The notes below the pieces were generated by a model. The model was not told the origin of the DNA, did not search any database, and worked only from the letters and a program-made list of their open reading frames with translations. From Oscillospiraceae bacterium (GTDB lineage: Bacteria; Bacillota; Clostridia; Oscillospirales; Ruminococcaceae), in NCBI GenBank assembly GCA_048204295.1, contig DBFBLF010000014.1, positions 6,172 to 70,171 of the forward strand: 64,000 nt of DNA, in the 5' to 3' direction. The stretch's first letter is position 1; each line of letters starts with the position of its first letter. This document shows, piece after piece, positions 18,989-27,177 of the stretch. The position numbers and the translations under genes were made by a program.

Positions 18989-19216
18989 ATGGTATTCGAA
19001 AAAGTTAAGGGTATTTTGGTTGACCAGCTGGATGTTGAGGAAGAGAAAGTAACAATGGAAGCTTCCATCACCGAAGATCTCGGCGCCGATTCCCTTGATG
19101 TTGTCGACCTGGTTATGTCCCTGGAAGAAGAATTTGATGTTGAAATTCCTGACGATCAGGTTGAGAACATCAAAACTGTTGGCGATATTGTAAAATACAT
19201 TGAAGAGAACGTCTAA
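18989..19216 (+). CDS. acpP: acyl carrier protein
   Basis: 75 aa with the phosphopantetheine site LGADSLD. Confidence 0.95.
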   Translation: MVFEKVKGILVDQLDVEEEKVTMEASITEDLGADSLDVVDLVMSLEEEFDVEIPDDQVENIKTVGDIVKYIEENV

Positions 19217-19239
19217 GGTTCTTTTGGCTGAATGGTAGT

Positions 19240-19280
19240 AAAACAGACGGCGCCTGGAATGGCCGCCGTCTGTTTTATTT
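19240..19280 (+). terminator. intrinsic terminator after acpP
   Basis: aaaacagacggcg / loop / cgccgtctgtttt followed by a T-run. Confidence 0.8.
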
Positions 19281-19283
19281 TTC

Positions 19284-19312
19284 TTGACAAGCGTGCATAT
19301 GCACAGTATAAT
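19284..19312 (+). promoter_or_regulatory. consensus sigma-A type promoter (TTGACA-17 nt-TATAAT)
   Basis: TTGACA 19284-19289 and TATAAT 19307-19312 with exact 17-nt spacing. 48 nt upstream of the DUF134 start. Confidence 0.7.
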
Positions 19313-19327
19313 AAAATGTGCATATGC
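19293..19327. promoter_or_regulatory. two copies of the palindromic box GTGCATATGC(AC), candidate operators
   Basis: A perfect 12-mer palindrome at 19293-19304 lies inside the promoter spacer. A 10/12 copy at 19318-19327 lies at the predicted transcription start. Confidence 0.55.
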
Positions 19328-19359
19328 CCATAATGATTTGTGCCTGGGAGGGAAAGCTA

Positions 19360-19710
19360 ATGCCAAGGGCTTCAAAATGCCGCAGAGTTTGTGCGGAGCC
19401 GGGGTGCAGGCAGTTTTCCCCGGAACATTGCGAAGGGCCGCCGGTAACCATGAGCGTAGAAGAGCTTGAAGCGGTGCGCCTGTGTGATTTGGAGGAGTTG
19501 GATCAGGAAGCTGCGGCCCTGCGGATGAACGTTTCGCGGGGGACGTTTCAAAGGATTCTTTATTCCGCCAGAAAACACCTGGCTGAGGCGCTGGTTCTTG
19601 GAAAACGCTTGGTAATTCAGGGCGGCAATTATGAAATCGCAGACCGGGGGTGTACGCAGCGTGACTGCTGCCACTGCCGGTTTGAAAAAAGAGGAGAAGA
19701 AGAACAATGA
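19360..19710 (+). CDS. DUF134 (UPF0251) predicted DNA-binding protein, Cys-rich
   Basis: MPRASKCRRVCAEPGCRQF... with a sigma-70 region-4-like HTH (DQEAAALRMNVSRGTFQRILYSARKHLAEAL). GGAGGG SD before ATG 19360. Confidence 0.8.
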   Translation: MPRASKCRRVCAEPGCRQFSPEHCEGPPVTMSVEELEAVRLCDLEELDQEAAALRMNVSRGTFQRILYSARKHLAEALVLGKRLVIQGGNYEIADRGCTQRDCCHCRFEKRGEEEQ

Positions 19711-20531
19711 GTGAAAGCTGTAACCACAACTGTTCCTCCTGCAGCCAGAACTGCGGAGAACGGGAAGAAGAAAGCATGCTCTTTCAGCTGAATGAAATGA
19801 GCAAGGTCAAAAAGGTAATTGGTGTTGTCAGCGGCAAGGGGGGCGTTGGGAAATCAATGGTGACCTCCATGATGGCGGTCCTGATGAACCGGCGGGGGCA
19901 TACCTCTGCAATTTTAGACGCGGACATTACCGGGCCGTCCATCCCAAAGGCGTTTGGGATTAAAGACAAAGCGGTTCCCAACGAGTGGGGGCTCCTCCCT
20001 GCGAAGAGCAAAACCGGCGTTGAAATTATGTCGGTTAACCTGTTGCTTGAGCATGATACCGACCCGGTCATCTGGAGAGGGCCGATCCTTGCGGGCGTTA
20101 TCCAACAGTTCTGGTCCGAAGTGGTCTGGGGCGACGTGGACTATATGTTCGTCGACATGCCTCCGGGAACCGGTGATGTGCCGCTCACCGTTTTCCAGTC
20201 CCTGCCGCTTGACGGGATCATCGTTGTAACCTCGCCGCAGGAGCTGGTTTCCATGATTGTCGGCAAGGCGGTCAACATGGCGCGGATGATGAATGTGCCG
20301 ATTTTAGGGCTGGTAGAAAACTACAGCTATGTGGAATGCCCGGACTGCGGCAAGAAAATCTACCCCTTCGGCGAAAGCCATATCGACGAGGTCGCGGAGA
20401 AAAACGGCCTGAAGGTACTGGGGAAACTCCCGCTCAACCCGGAGATTGCCGGAGCAGGAGACCGGGGCGTAATTGAACTGTTTGAAGGCGGGTGGCTGGA
20501 CGGCGCGGCCGATCTGGTTGAAGCTCTGTAA
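19707..20531 (+). CDS. Mrp/NBP35 (ApbC-like) P-loop ATPase, Fe-S cluster carrier family
   Basis: Deviant Walker A GKGGVGKS and the C-terminal CPDCGKK motif. ATGA overlap with the DUF134 gene. Confidence 0.9.
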   Translation: MSESCNHNCSSCSQNCGEREEESMLFQLNEMSKVKKVIGVVSGKGGVGKSMVTSMMAVLMNRRGHTSAILDADITGPSIPKAFGIKDKAVPNEWGLLPAKSKTGVEIMSVNLLLEHDTDPVIWRGPILAGVIQQFWSEVVWGDVDYMFVDMPPGTGDVPLTVFQSLPLDGIIVVTSPQELVSMIVGKAVNMARMMNVPILGLVENYSYVECPDCGKKIYPFGESHIDEVAEKNGLKVLGKLPLNPEIAGAGDRGVIELFEGGWLDGAADLVEAL

Positions 20532-20646
20532 GAAAAACAAAGCAAGCCCGCCGCCTTTAAAGCGGCGGGCTTATTATGTGCCGGGCGGCGCGGCAATTTC
20601 CCCGGCCGGGATATTTATTTCAATTGAACGAGGGAAGGTTTTAAAA

Positions 20647-21027
20647 ATGAAACTTGCAGTAACAGCGGAAAACGGCCAGGTGTTCCAGCACTTCGGCCAC
20701 ACAAAAATGTTTAAACTCTTCACCGTTGAAGACGGAAAGGTGACGGCAAGAGAAGACCTGGATACTTCCATGAGCGGCCATGAGGCGCTGGCGGTGATCC
20801 TGAAGCAGAAGGGGGTCTCCCTTCTCATCTGCGGCGGAATCGGCGGAGGGGCGAAGGCCGCCCTTCAGGCGAATGGGATTGAATTGGTCGCGGGCGCTTC
20901 CGGCGACATTGAAACGGCGGTTGCGGATTACCTGTCCGGCGCTCTGGTTCATGATCCTTCGGTACAGTGCAGCCATCATCACCATGGAGAGGGCGAAGGG
21001 CATACCTGCGGGCGTCATCACGAGTAA
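20647..21027 (+). CDS. NifB/NifX-family (dinitrogenase FeMo-cofactor binding-like) domain protein with His-rich tail
   Basis: MKLAVTAENGQVFQHFGHTKMFKLF... is typical of the PF02579-type domain. Ends CSHHHHGEGEGHTCGRHHE. The track ORF from 20473 overlaps the mrp gene. Confidence 0.8.
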   Translation: MKLAVTAENGQVFQHFGHTKMFKLFTVEDGKVTAREDLDTSMSGHEALAVILKQKGVSLLICGGIGGGAKAALQANGIELVAGASGDIETAVADYLSGALVHDPSVQCSHHHHGEGEGHTCGRHHE

Positions 21028-21105
21028 ACTGATTTAGCGGCTTGGAATAGACGAAGACCTTCGACGGATAAGGGGCTTTTCCTTGAGGGAAGGCTGTCTC
21101 TGGAA

Positions 21106-21198
21106 ATGGCCGATGAGGTGAAAATCGGTTTTATGCTTGTCTTAGGTCTTGCCCTAATGATCGGCGCCTCATCCGAGCTGCGTCGTTCATCTTTTTAA
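21106..21198 (+). CDS. possible 30-aa hydrophobic micro-protein (MADEVKIGFMLVLGLALMIGASSELRRSSF)
   Basis: ATG with GAGGGAAGG 12 nt upstream, one predicted TM helix, and a strong terminator 15 nt downstream. No homology can be checked by eye. Confidence 0.25.
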   Translation: MADEVKIGFMLVLGLALMIGASSELRRSSF

Positions 21199-21212
21199 GG
21201 AAAAGGTCAATT

Positions 21213-21253
21213 AAACAACAAGGCCCCGCGATATTCGCGGGGCCTTGTTGTTT
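21213..21253 (+). terminator. intrinsic terminator, 18-bp stem
   Basis: aaacaacaaggccccgcg / atatt / cgcggggccttgttgttt. Confidence 0.8.
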
Positions 21254-21402
21254 GATCCCGTATTGCGATGAGACAAAATGTTGTTTTTATACTCGCCGAA
21301 AAAAATATTTTCTCCTTGCTTATACCTGTAAGCACTCAATTTAATTTTATGTGTTACTATTGTAATGTCAGCTGATATTAATTTGAAAAGTAGTTAATTG
21401 GA

Positions 21403-21648
21403 TTGAACATCAAAGAGCTCAATCAACAGTATCTTGACCAAATGCGGGAAAATTTTAAGCTTTTGCGCAGGTCCGGCGGCTGGACGCTGGAAGAGCTTGC
21501 TGGGAAAACGGGAATCCCGCAGGGCGCCCTGCGGGACATGGAAGAAGGCGGTGATTTTGGCATTGCGTACCTGCTGGCGCTTTGCCGGTTTTATCATATA
21601 AAGCCGCGCCAGGCTTTTGAACAGGCCCGCCTTGAAAAAGAGGAATAA
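21403..21648 (+). CDS. small XRE-family helix-turn-helix protein
   Basis: 81 aa with HTH WTLEELAGKTGIPQGALRDMEEG. TTG start and weak SD, so the start and the reality of the gene are uncertain. Confidence 0.5.
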   Translation: MNIKELNQQYLDQMRENFKLLRRSGGWTLEELAGKTGIPQGALRDMEEGGDFGIAYLLALCRFYHIKPRQAFEQARLEKEE

Positions 21649-21722
21649 TACCACGATGTTTCCGCAGCCCCTTGCCAAACCCGCCGCCCCATGCTAAAAT
21701 AAAACAGTTATACCGGTATTTT

Positions 21723-21741
21723 GAAGGGGACAGCCCCTTTT
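21723..21741 (+). terminator. small hairpin plus T-run just upstream of the proS SD
   Basis: aagggg / acag / cccctt followed by ttt. The stem is short. Confidence 0.3.
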
Positions 21742-21761
21742 TGAAAGGATATTGAACGAAC

Positions 21762-23201
21762 ATGGCACAGCAGAAAAAAATGGTCGAGGCCATTACCTCG
21801 ATGGAAGAAGATTTCGCACAGTGGTACACCGACGTTGTGAAGAAAGCCGAGATGATCGACTACTCCAGCGTCAAGGGCTGTATGGTGTTCCGTCCCTACG
21901 GTTACGCCATCTGGGAAAACATCCAGAAGGATCTGGACGCCCGTTTCAAGGCGACGGGCCACGAAAACGTCTATATGCCGATGCTGATCCCCGAAAGCCT
22001 GCTCCAGAAGGAGAAGGACCATGTTGAGGGGTTTGCGCCCGAGGTTGCCTGGGTCACCCAGGGCGGACAGGAAAAGCTGAGCGAACGGCTCTGTATCCGC
22101 CCGACCTCCGAGGTGCTCTTCTGCGAGCATTATGCAAAGGTCATCAACTCCTACCGCGACCTGCCCAAGCTCTACAACCAGTGGTGTTCGGTTATGCGCT
22201 GGGAGAAGACCACCCGTCCCTTCCTCCGCAATTCCGAGTTCCTCTGGCAGGAGGGGCATACCATGCACGAAACCGCTGAGGAAGCGCAGGCGGAGACAAT
22301 GCGGATGCTGAACGTCTACGCGGACTTCTACAAGGAGTCTCTGGCAATCCCGGTTGTCAAGGGGCAGAAGACCGAAAAAGAAAAGTTCGCCGGCGCGGTC
22401 GCCACCTATACCATTGAGCCGATGATGCACAACGGCGTCGCTTTGCAGGGCGGAACCTCCCACTATTTCGGGGACGGCTTTGCCAAGAGCTTTGGGATTA
22501 CCTTTACCGGGCGGGACAACACCCTGCAGTACCCGCACCAGACCTCCTGGGGCGTCTCCACCCGGATGATCGGCGCGATCATTATGGTGCACGGCGATGA
22601 CAACGGGCTGATCCTCCCGCCGAAGATCGCCCCGATTCAGGTCGTAATCGTCCCGGTTGCGCAGCACAAAGAGGGTGTTCTTGAAAAGGCGCGCGAGGTT
22701 GCAGATTCCCTGAAGGATGCCTTCCGCGTGAAACTCGACGACTCCGACAACTCCCCGGGCTGGAAGTTCAGCCAGTATGAGATGAAGGGCGTTCCGCTCC
22801 GGCTGGAAATCGGCCCCCGCGATATTGAGCAGGGCCAGTGCGTTCTTGTCCGGCGGGACAACCGTGAGAAGGTTGTTGTGAAACTGGAAGATTTAGTGAC
22901 CGAAGTTCCGAAGGCGCTTCAGGCAGTCCATGACGGCCTTTATGAAAAAGCGCTCAAGAACTTGGAAGAGAAAACTTTCACCGCTCATAATTACGATGAA
23001 TTCCTCGACATCGCGGAGAACCACCCCGGCTTCATCAAGGCCATGTGGTGCGGCGACGCGGAATGCGAAGATAAGCTCAAGGATGTAACCGGCGGCGTCA
23101 AGTCCCGCTGTATTCCGTTTGAAGAGGAGAAGATCGGAGACACCTGTGTTTGCTGTGGGAAACCGGCAAAGCACATGGTTTACTGGGGAAAACAGTATTA
23201 A
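21762..23201 (+). CDS. proS: proline--tRNA ligase, archaeal/eukaryote-like type (no INS editing domain)
   Basis: 479 aa, class II motifs, C-terminal Zn-binding-type domain ([24 protein letters not shown]) ending in Tyr. Confidence 0.95.
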   Translation: MAQQKKMVEAITSMEEDFAQWYTDVVKKAEMIDYSSVKGCMVFRPYGYAIWENIQKDLDARFKATGHENVYMPMLIPESLLQKEKDHVEGFAPEVAWVTQGGQEKLSERLCIRPTSEVLFCEHYAKVINSYRDLPKLYNQWCSVMRWEKTTRPFLRNSEFLWQEGHTMHETAEEAQAETMRMLNVYADFYKESLAIPVVKGQKTEKEKFAGAVATYTIEPMMHNGVALQGGTSHYFGDGFAKSFGITFTGRDNTLQYPHQTSWGVSTRMIGAIIMVHGDDNGLILPPKIAPIQVVIVPVAQHKEGVLEKAREVADSLKDAFRVKLDDSDNSPGWKFSQYEMKGVPLRLEIGPRDIEQGQCVLVRRDNREKVVVKLEDLVTEVPKALQAVHDGLYEKALKNLEEKTFTAHNYDEFLDIAENHPGFIKAMWCGDAECEDKLKDVTGGVKSRCIPFEEEKIGDTCVCCGKPAKHMVYWGKQY

Positions 23202-23206
23202 AAAGG

Positions 23207-23254
23207 ATCGGGCGGATATTTATGCAACTTGCATAAATATCCGCCCGATATTTT
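23207..23254 (+). terminator. intrinsic terminator after proS (about 20-bp stem)
   Basis: atcgggcggatatttatgca ... tgcataaatatccgcccgat followed by atttt. Confidence 0.8.
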
Positions 23255-23274
23255 CAAAAAATTCTACGAACATT

Positions 23275-23308
23275 TTGCTTGCCGCCGTACGGCCCGTATA
23301 GTATAATA
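23275..23308 (+). promoter_or_regulatory. candidate S10-operon promoter
   Basis: TTGCTT 23275-23280, then 16 nt, then TATAGT 23297-23302, which overlaps TATAAT 23303-23308. Confidence 0.45.
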
Positions 23309-23624
23309 ATTAAGCACGACTGCGACAGATATGCGATGAAGCGGGAGGTGGCCGCCTTTGAGGCGGGAAATTTCCGTGGAGTATGTCCGATTTTAAACCG
23401 GGCGACAACAATTACTGAACAAGTAGTAGGGCGTAAACTGCCATAGGTTTTATTCTGTGGTAAGTATGCCTGCGTCGTATGGGCATGGGGTTCTTGCGGC
23501 CTTATGCTGGTATTCCGGAAAAACTGCGTGTTTTTTCGGTTTTTTTAATGGAGTATTGCGAAACACACGGCACCGTGTTCGGGAATTGATGTTCACCGCG
23601 AACAATTCTAAGGAGGCGATGAAA

Positions 23625-23936
23625 GTGGCAGTCAAAGAAAAAATCAGAATCAGGCTCAAAAGTTACGATCACAGCTTGGTAGACGCTGCGGCGGCCAAAA
23701 TTGTGGAGACTGCAAAACGTACAGGAGCAAGGGTGTCCGGCCCGATTCCGCTCCCGACCGAAAAGGAGATCGTAACCATTCTCCGCGCTGTTCATAAGTA
23801 TAAAGACAGCCGGGAACAGTTTGAGATGAGAACCCACAAAAGACTCATTGACATTTTAAGGCCGTCCAACAAGACTGTTGAGGCTTTACAGGGTCTTGAG
23901 CTTCCTGCCGGCGTAGAACTGGAGATTAAACTCTAA
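23625..23936 (+). CDS. rpsJ: 30S ribosomal protein S10
   Basis: [15 protein letters not shown]... GTG start 8 nt after AGGAGG. The track ORF from 23457 is a 5' over-extension. Confidence 0.95.
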   Translation: MAVKEKIRIRLKSYDHSLVDAAAAKIVETAKRTGARVSGPIPLPTEKEIVTILRAVHKYKDSREQFEMRTHKRLIDILRPSNKTVEALQGLELPAGVELEIKL

Positions 23937-24000
23937 GAAACTGCGGCGCAGGTCAAGTTGGCGGTTTCCGTCAACCAATAACCGAATAGGAGGAAAGACA

Positions 24001-24636
24001 ATGAAAAAAGGTATCGTTGGTAAGAAAATCGGCATGACGCAGATTTTCGACGACAACGGCAAGGTCATCCCGGTAACTGTTGTAGAAGCCGGCCCTTGCG
24101 TAGTGGTTCAGAAAAAGACCGCTGAAAACGATGGCTATTCCGCTGTACAGCTCGGCTTTGGCGAGATTAGCGTGAAAAACGCCAACAAACCGCAGAAAGG
24201 CCATTTCGCAAAAGCGGATGCCGCTGTGAAAAGAACCCTTAACGAGTTCAAATTCGATGATCCAGACGCTCTCAACCTGGGCGACATCATCAAGGCTGAT
24301 ACATTTGAGGTCGGCGATATTGTCGACGTTTGCGGCATCAGCAAAGGTAAAGGATTTGCCGGCACCATCAAACGTTATGGCAACAGATCCCTGAAAGCAA
24401 CTCACGGTACAGGTCCGGTTGGCAGACATGCCGGTTCCATGGGTGCAGGCTCTGACCCGTCCAGAATTATGAAGGGCAAGAAAATGCCTGGCCAGATGGG
24501 TGCGGAGACCGTAACCGTTCAGAACCTTGAAGTTGTCAAGGTTGACGCTGAAAACAATTTGATTGCACTCAAAGGCGCGATCCCCGGCCCGAAGGGCGGC
24601 ATCGTCACCATTAAAAGTGCTGTGAAGAAAGCTTAA
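24001..24636 (+). CDS. rplC: 50S ribosomal protein L3
   Basis: [16 protein letters not shown]... Conserved S10-operon order. Confidence 0.97.
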   Translation: MKKGIVGKKIGMTQIFDDNGKVIPVTVVEAGPCVVVQKKTAENDGYSAVQLGFGEISVKNANKPQKGHFAKADAAVKRTLNEFKFDDPDALNLGDIIKADTFEVGDIVDVCGISKGKGFAGTIKRYGNRSLKATHGTGPVGRHAGSMGAGSDPSRIMKGKKMPGQMGAETVTVQNLEVVKVDAENNLIALKGAIPGPKGGIVTIKSAVKKA

Positions 24637-24653
24637 CGGAAGGAGGAAGCAAC

Positions 24654-25277
24654 ATGCCAAGCATGAAAGTACTGGATAAAAACGGCAAAGAGGTTTCCAC
24701 GATGGAGCTTTCTGACGCTATTTTCGGCATAACCCCGAACAAAGAGGTTATGCATATGGCTGTAGTGAATTTCCTGGCAAACCAGCGCCAGGGCACACAG
24801 TCCACCCTTACCCGCACCGAGGTCCGCGGCGGCGGCCGCAAGCCTTGGAGACAGAAAGGTACCGGCCATGCGAGACAGGGTTCCATCCGCGCTCCGCAGT
24901 GGAGACACGGCGGCGTCGCTCTCGGCCCCAAACCGCGCGATTACCGGTTTGCTCTGAATAAAAAGGTTCGTGTTCTTGCGCTGAAATCCGCGCTTTCCGC
25001 TAAGGTTCAGGACGGCGAGATGATTCTTCTCGACAGCTTTGGACTGGAAGAATACAAAACCAAGGAAATGATCAACATTCTGAGCGCGCTTGACGCAGGC
25101 AAGAAAGTTCTCATTGCCCTGCCGGCTGTGGACCAGAAAGTTATTAAGAGTGCGAACAACATCCCGGGTGTGAAGACAACCCAGTACAACACCCTGAATG
25201 TTTACGACATTCTCAACTGCGATAAAGTGGTCATGCTCAAGGATGCCGCTCTCAAGCTTGAGGAGGTGTACGCGTAA
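24654..25277 (+). CDS. rplD: 50S ribosomal protein L4
   Basis: 207 aa (RGGGRKPWRQKGTGHARQGS). Confidence 0.97.
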   Translation: MPSMKVLDKNGKEVSTMELSDAIFGITPNKEVMHMAVVNFLANQRQGTQSTLTRTEVRGGGRKPWRQKGTGHARQGSIRAPQWRHGGVALGPKPRDYRFALNKKVRVLALKSALSAKVQDGEMILLDSFGLEEYKTKEMINILSALDAGKKVLIALPAVDQKVIKSANNIPGVKTTQYNTLNVYDILNCDKVVMLKDAALKLEEVYA

Positions 25278-25570
25278 TGAAAGCACCGCAGGATATCATC
25301 CTCCGCCCGATCATGACGGAAAAGTCCATCACGGCCGTTGCGGATAAGAAATACACCTTTAAGGTCGCAAAGGATTCCAACAAAATTGAAATCGCCCAGG
25401 CGGTTGAGGCTCTGTTCGGCGTGAAGGTTCAGAAGGTCAACACCATGAGCTGTAAAGGCCGCGCAAAACGTGTAGGGATGAATGCCGGCTACCAGCCCGA
25501 CTGGAAAAAGGCAATCGTTACCCTGACTGAGGATTCTAAGGGAATCGAAATTTTTGAAAGCCTGGCATAA
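25277..25570 (+). CDS. rplW: 50S ribosomal protein L23
   Basis: 97 aa. TAATG overlap with rplD. Confidence 0.95.
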   Translation: MKAPQDIILRPIMTEKSITAVADKKYTFKVAKDSNKIEIAQAVEALFGVKVQKVNTMSCKGRAKRVGMNAGYQPDWKKAIVTLTEDSKGIEIFESLA

Positions 25571-25660
25571 TGCCTTTGTGACAGTCCGGATTTTTCCGGG
25601 CGGTGATGTATGAGGGCGGTGCCAAACGCCCTCGCTAAACCGAAACAAGGAGTGAAAATA

Positions 25661-26494
25661 ATGGCAATTAAAAGCTACAAGCCAACAACCCCGTCCAGAC
25701 GTAATATGACCGTCGTAGACTATTCCGGGTTGTCTAAAGTAGCGCCGGAGAAAAGCCTGCTTGAGCCTCTTAAGAAGACTTCCGGACGCAACAGCTACGG
25801 CAGAATCACTGTTCGCCACCACGGCGGCGGAAACAGAAAAAAATACCGTGTTATCGATTTCAAACGCGACAAGGTCGGCATGAACGCCCAGGTTATGACC
25901 CTGGAGTACGATCCGAACCGCTCGGCCCACATCGCGCTCGTACAGTATGAGGACGGCGAGAAGCGCTACATTATTGCGCCGATCGGCCTGAAAGTCGGCG
26001 ATACCGTAAGAGCCGGCGCAGACGCGGACATCAAACCGGGAAACGCCCTCCCGCTGAGTGCAATTCCGGTTGGTACCGTTATCCACAACATCGAACTCTA
26101 CCCGGGCAAAGGCGCGCAGCTGGTAAGATCTGCCGGCAACATGGCGCAGCTGATGGCGAAGGAAGGCGTTTACGCGTTGATCCGGCTGCCCTCCGGTGAG
26201 CAGAGAAATATTCCGGCGAACTGCATGGCTACCATCGGCCAGGTCGGCAATACCGACCATGAGAATACCAACATCGGTAAAGCCGGTAAAAAACGTCACA
26301 TGGGCTGGCGCCCGACTGTGCGCGGCTCCGTTATGAACCCGAACGACCATCCGCACGGCGGTGGTGAAGGTAAATCTCCTATCGGACGTCCCGGACCTGT
26401 TACGCCTTGGGGTAAACCGACCCTGGGTTACAAGACCCGTGCGAAACATCATCGCTCCGATAAGTTTATCGTAAAACGCAGAAATGCGAAGTAA
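25661..26494 (+). CDS. rplB: 50S ribosomal protein L2
   Basis: [14 protein letters not shown]... GGGEGK. The internal ATG has an AAGGAG SD. Confidence 0.97.
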   Translation: MAIKSYKPTTPSRRNMTVVDYSGLSKVAPEKSLLEPLKKTSGRNSYGRITVRHHGGGNRKKYRVIDFKRDKVGMNAQVMTLEYDPNRSAHIALVQYEDGEKRYIIAPIGLKVGDTVRAGADADIKPGNALPLSAIPVGTVIHNIELYPGKGAQLVRSAGNMAQLMAKEGVYALIRLPSGEQRNIPANCMATIGQVGNTDHENTNIGKAGKKRHMGWRPTVRGSVMNPNDHPHGGGEGKSPIGRPGPVTPWGKPTLGYKTRAKHHRSDKFIVKRRNAK

Positions 26495-26517
26495 TCGGAA
26501 AGGAGACAGATGAATCT

Positions 26518-26802
26518 ATGGGCAGAAGTGTTAAGAAGGGACCATACGTACAGCCGGTTCTGTTGGAACGTGTTCAGAAAATGAACGAAAACGGAGAAAA
26601 GGTCGTCCTGAAGACCTGGAGCCGCGCTTCCACCATTTTCCCGGATTTCGTTGGTCATACATTCGCAGTTCACGATGGACGCAAGCATGTCCCGGTCTAT
26701 GTGACTGAGGATATGGTAGGACACAAGCTCGGCGAGTTTGCTCCGACCAGAACCTATAAGGGCCATGCTGGTTCCAAGACATCAAATAACGGTAAGAAAT
26801 AG
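26518..26802 (+). CDS. rpsS: 30S ribosomal protein S19
   Basis: [10 protein letters not shown]... 94 aa. Confidence 0.97.
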   Translation: MGRSVKKGPYVQPVLLERVQKMNENGEKVVLKTWSRASTIFPDFVGHTFAVHDGRKHVPVYVTEDMVGHKLGEFAPTRTYKGHAGSKTSNNGKK

Positions 26803-26821
26803 GCCGGAAGGAGGATTTTGA

Positions 26822-27157
26822 ATGGAAGCAAGGGCTTACCTCAGACATGCCCGTATCGCCCCGAGAAAGGTTCAGATTGTTCTGGATTTGATCCGCAATA
26901 AGCCGGCCGACCTCGCTATGGCGATCTTGAAAAACACACCGAAAGCCGCGTGTGAGCCTCTGGTAAAACTTCTGGCATCAGCTATTGCTAACGCCGAAAA
27001 TAATCACAATATGAACAGAGACGAGCTTTATGTAGCGGAGTGCTTTGTGTGCCCGGGACCGACCCTGAAACGGATCCGTCCGAGAGCGCAGGGCAGGGCA
27101 TTTAAAGTGCTTAAAAGAACTTCGCACATCACCCTGGTCCTGAAGGAAAAGGAATAA
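26822..27157 (+). CDS. rplV: 50S ribosomal protein L22
   Basis: 111 aa ([16 protein letters not shown]). Confidence 0.97.
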   Translation: MEARAYLRHARIAPRKVQIVLDLIRNKPADLAMAILKNTPKAACEPLVKLLASAIANAENNHNMNRDELYVAECFVCPGPTLKRIRPRAQGRAFKVLKRTSHITLVLKEKE

Positions 27158-27177
27158 GCTGAAAGAGGAGGTAAACT

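Noticed and set aside
25202-26452. 416-aa minus-strand ORF antisense to rplW/rplB. Similar long antisense ORFs occur at 956-1582, 17445-18503, 21708-22667, 24633-25286, 27028-27951, 29335-30090, 32907-34202, 36746-37555, 44940-45962, 55409-56887, 57327-59003 and 59393-60700.
   Set aside because: Each lies fully opposite a gene with unmistakable conserved-family sequence. Their translations are low-complexity (Arg/Gly/Ala/Val-rich) with no recognisable motifs or SD sites. Long stop-free antisense frames are expected at this GC content and codon bias.
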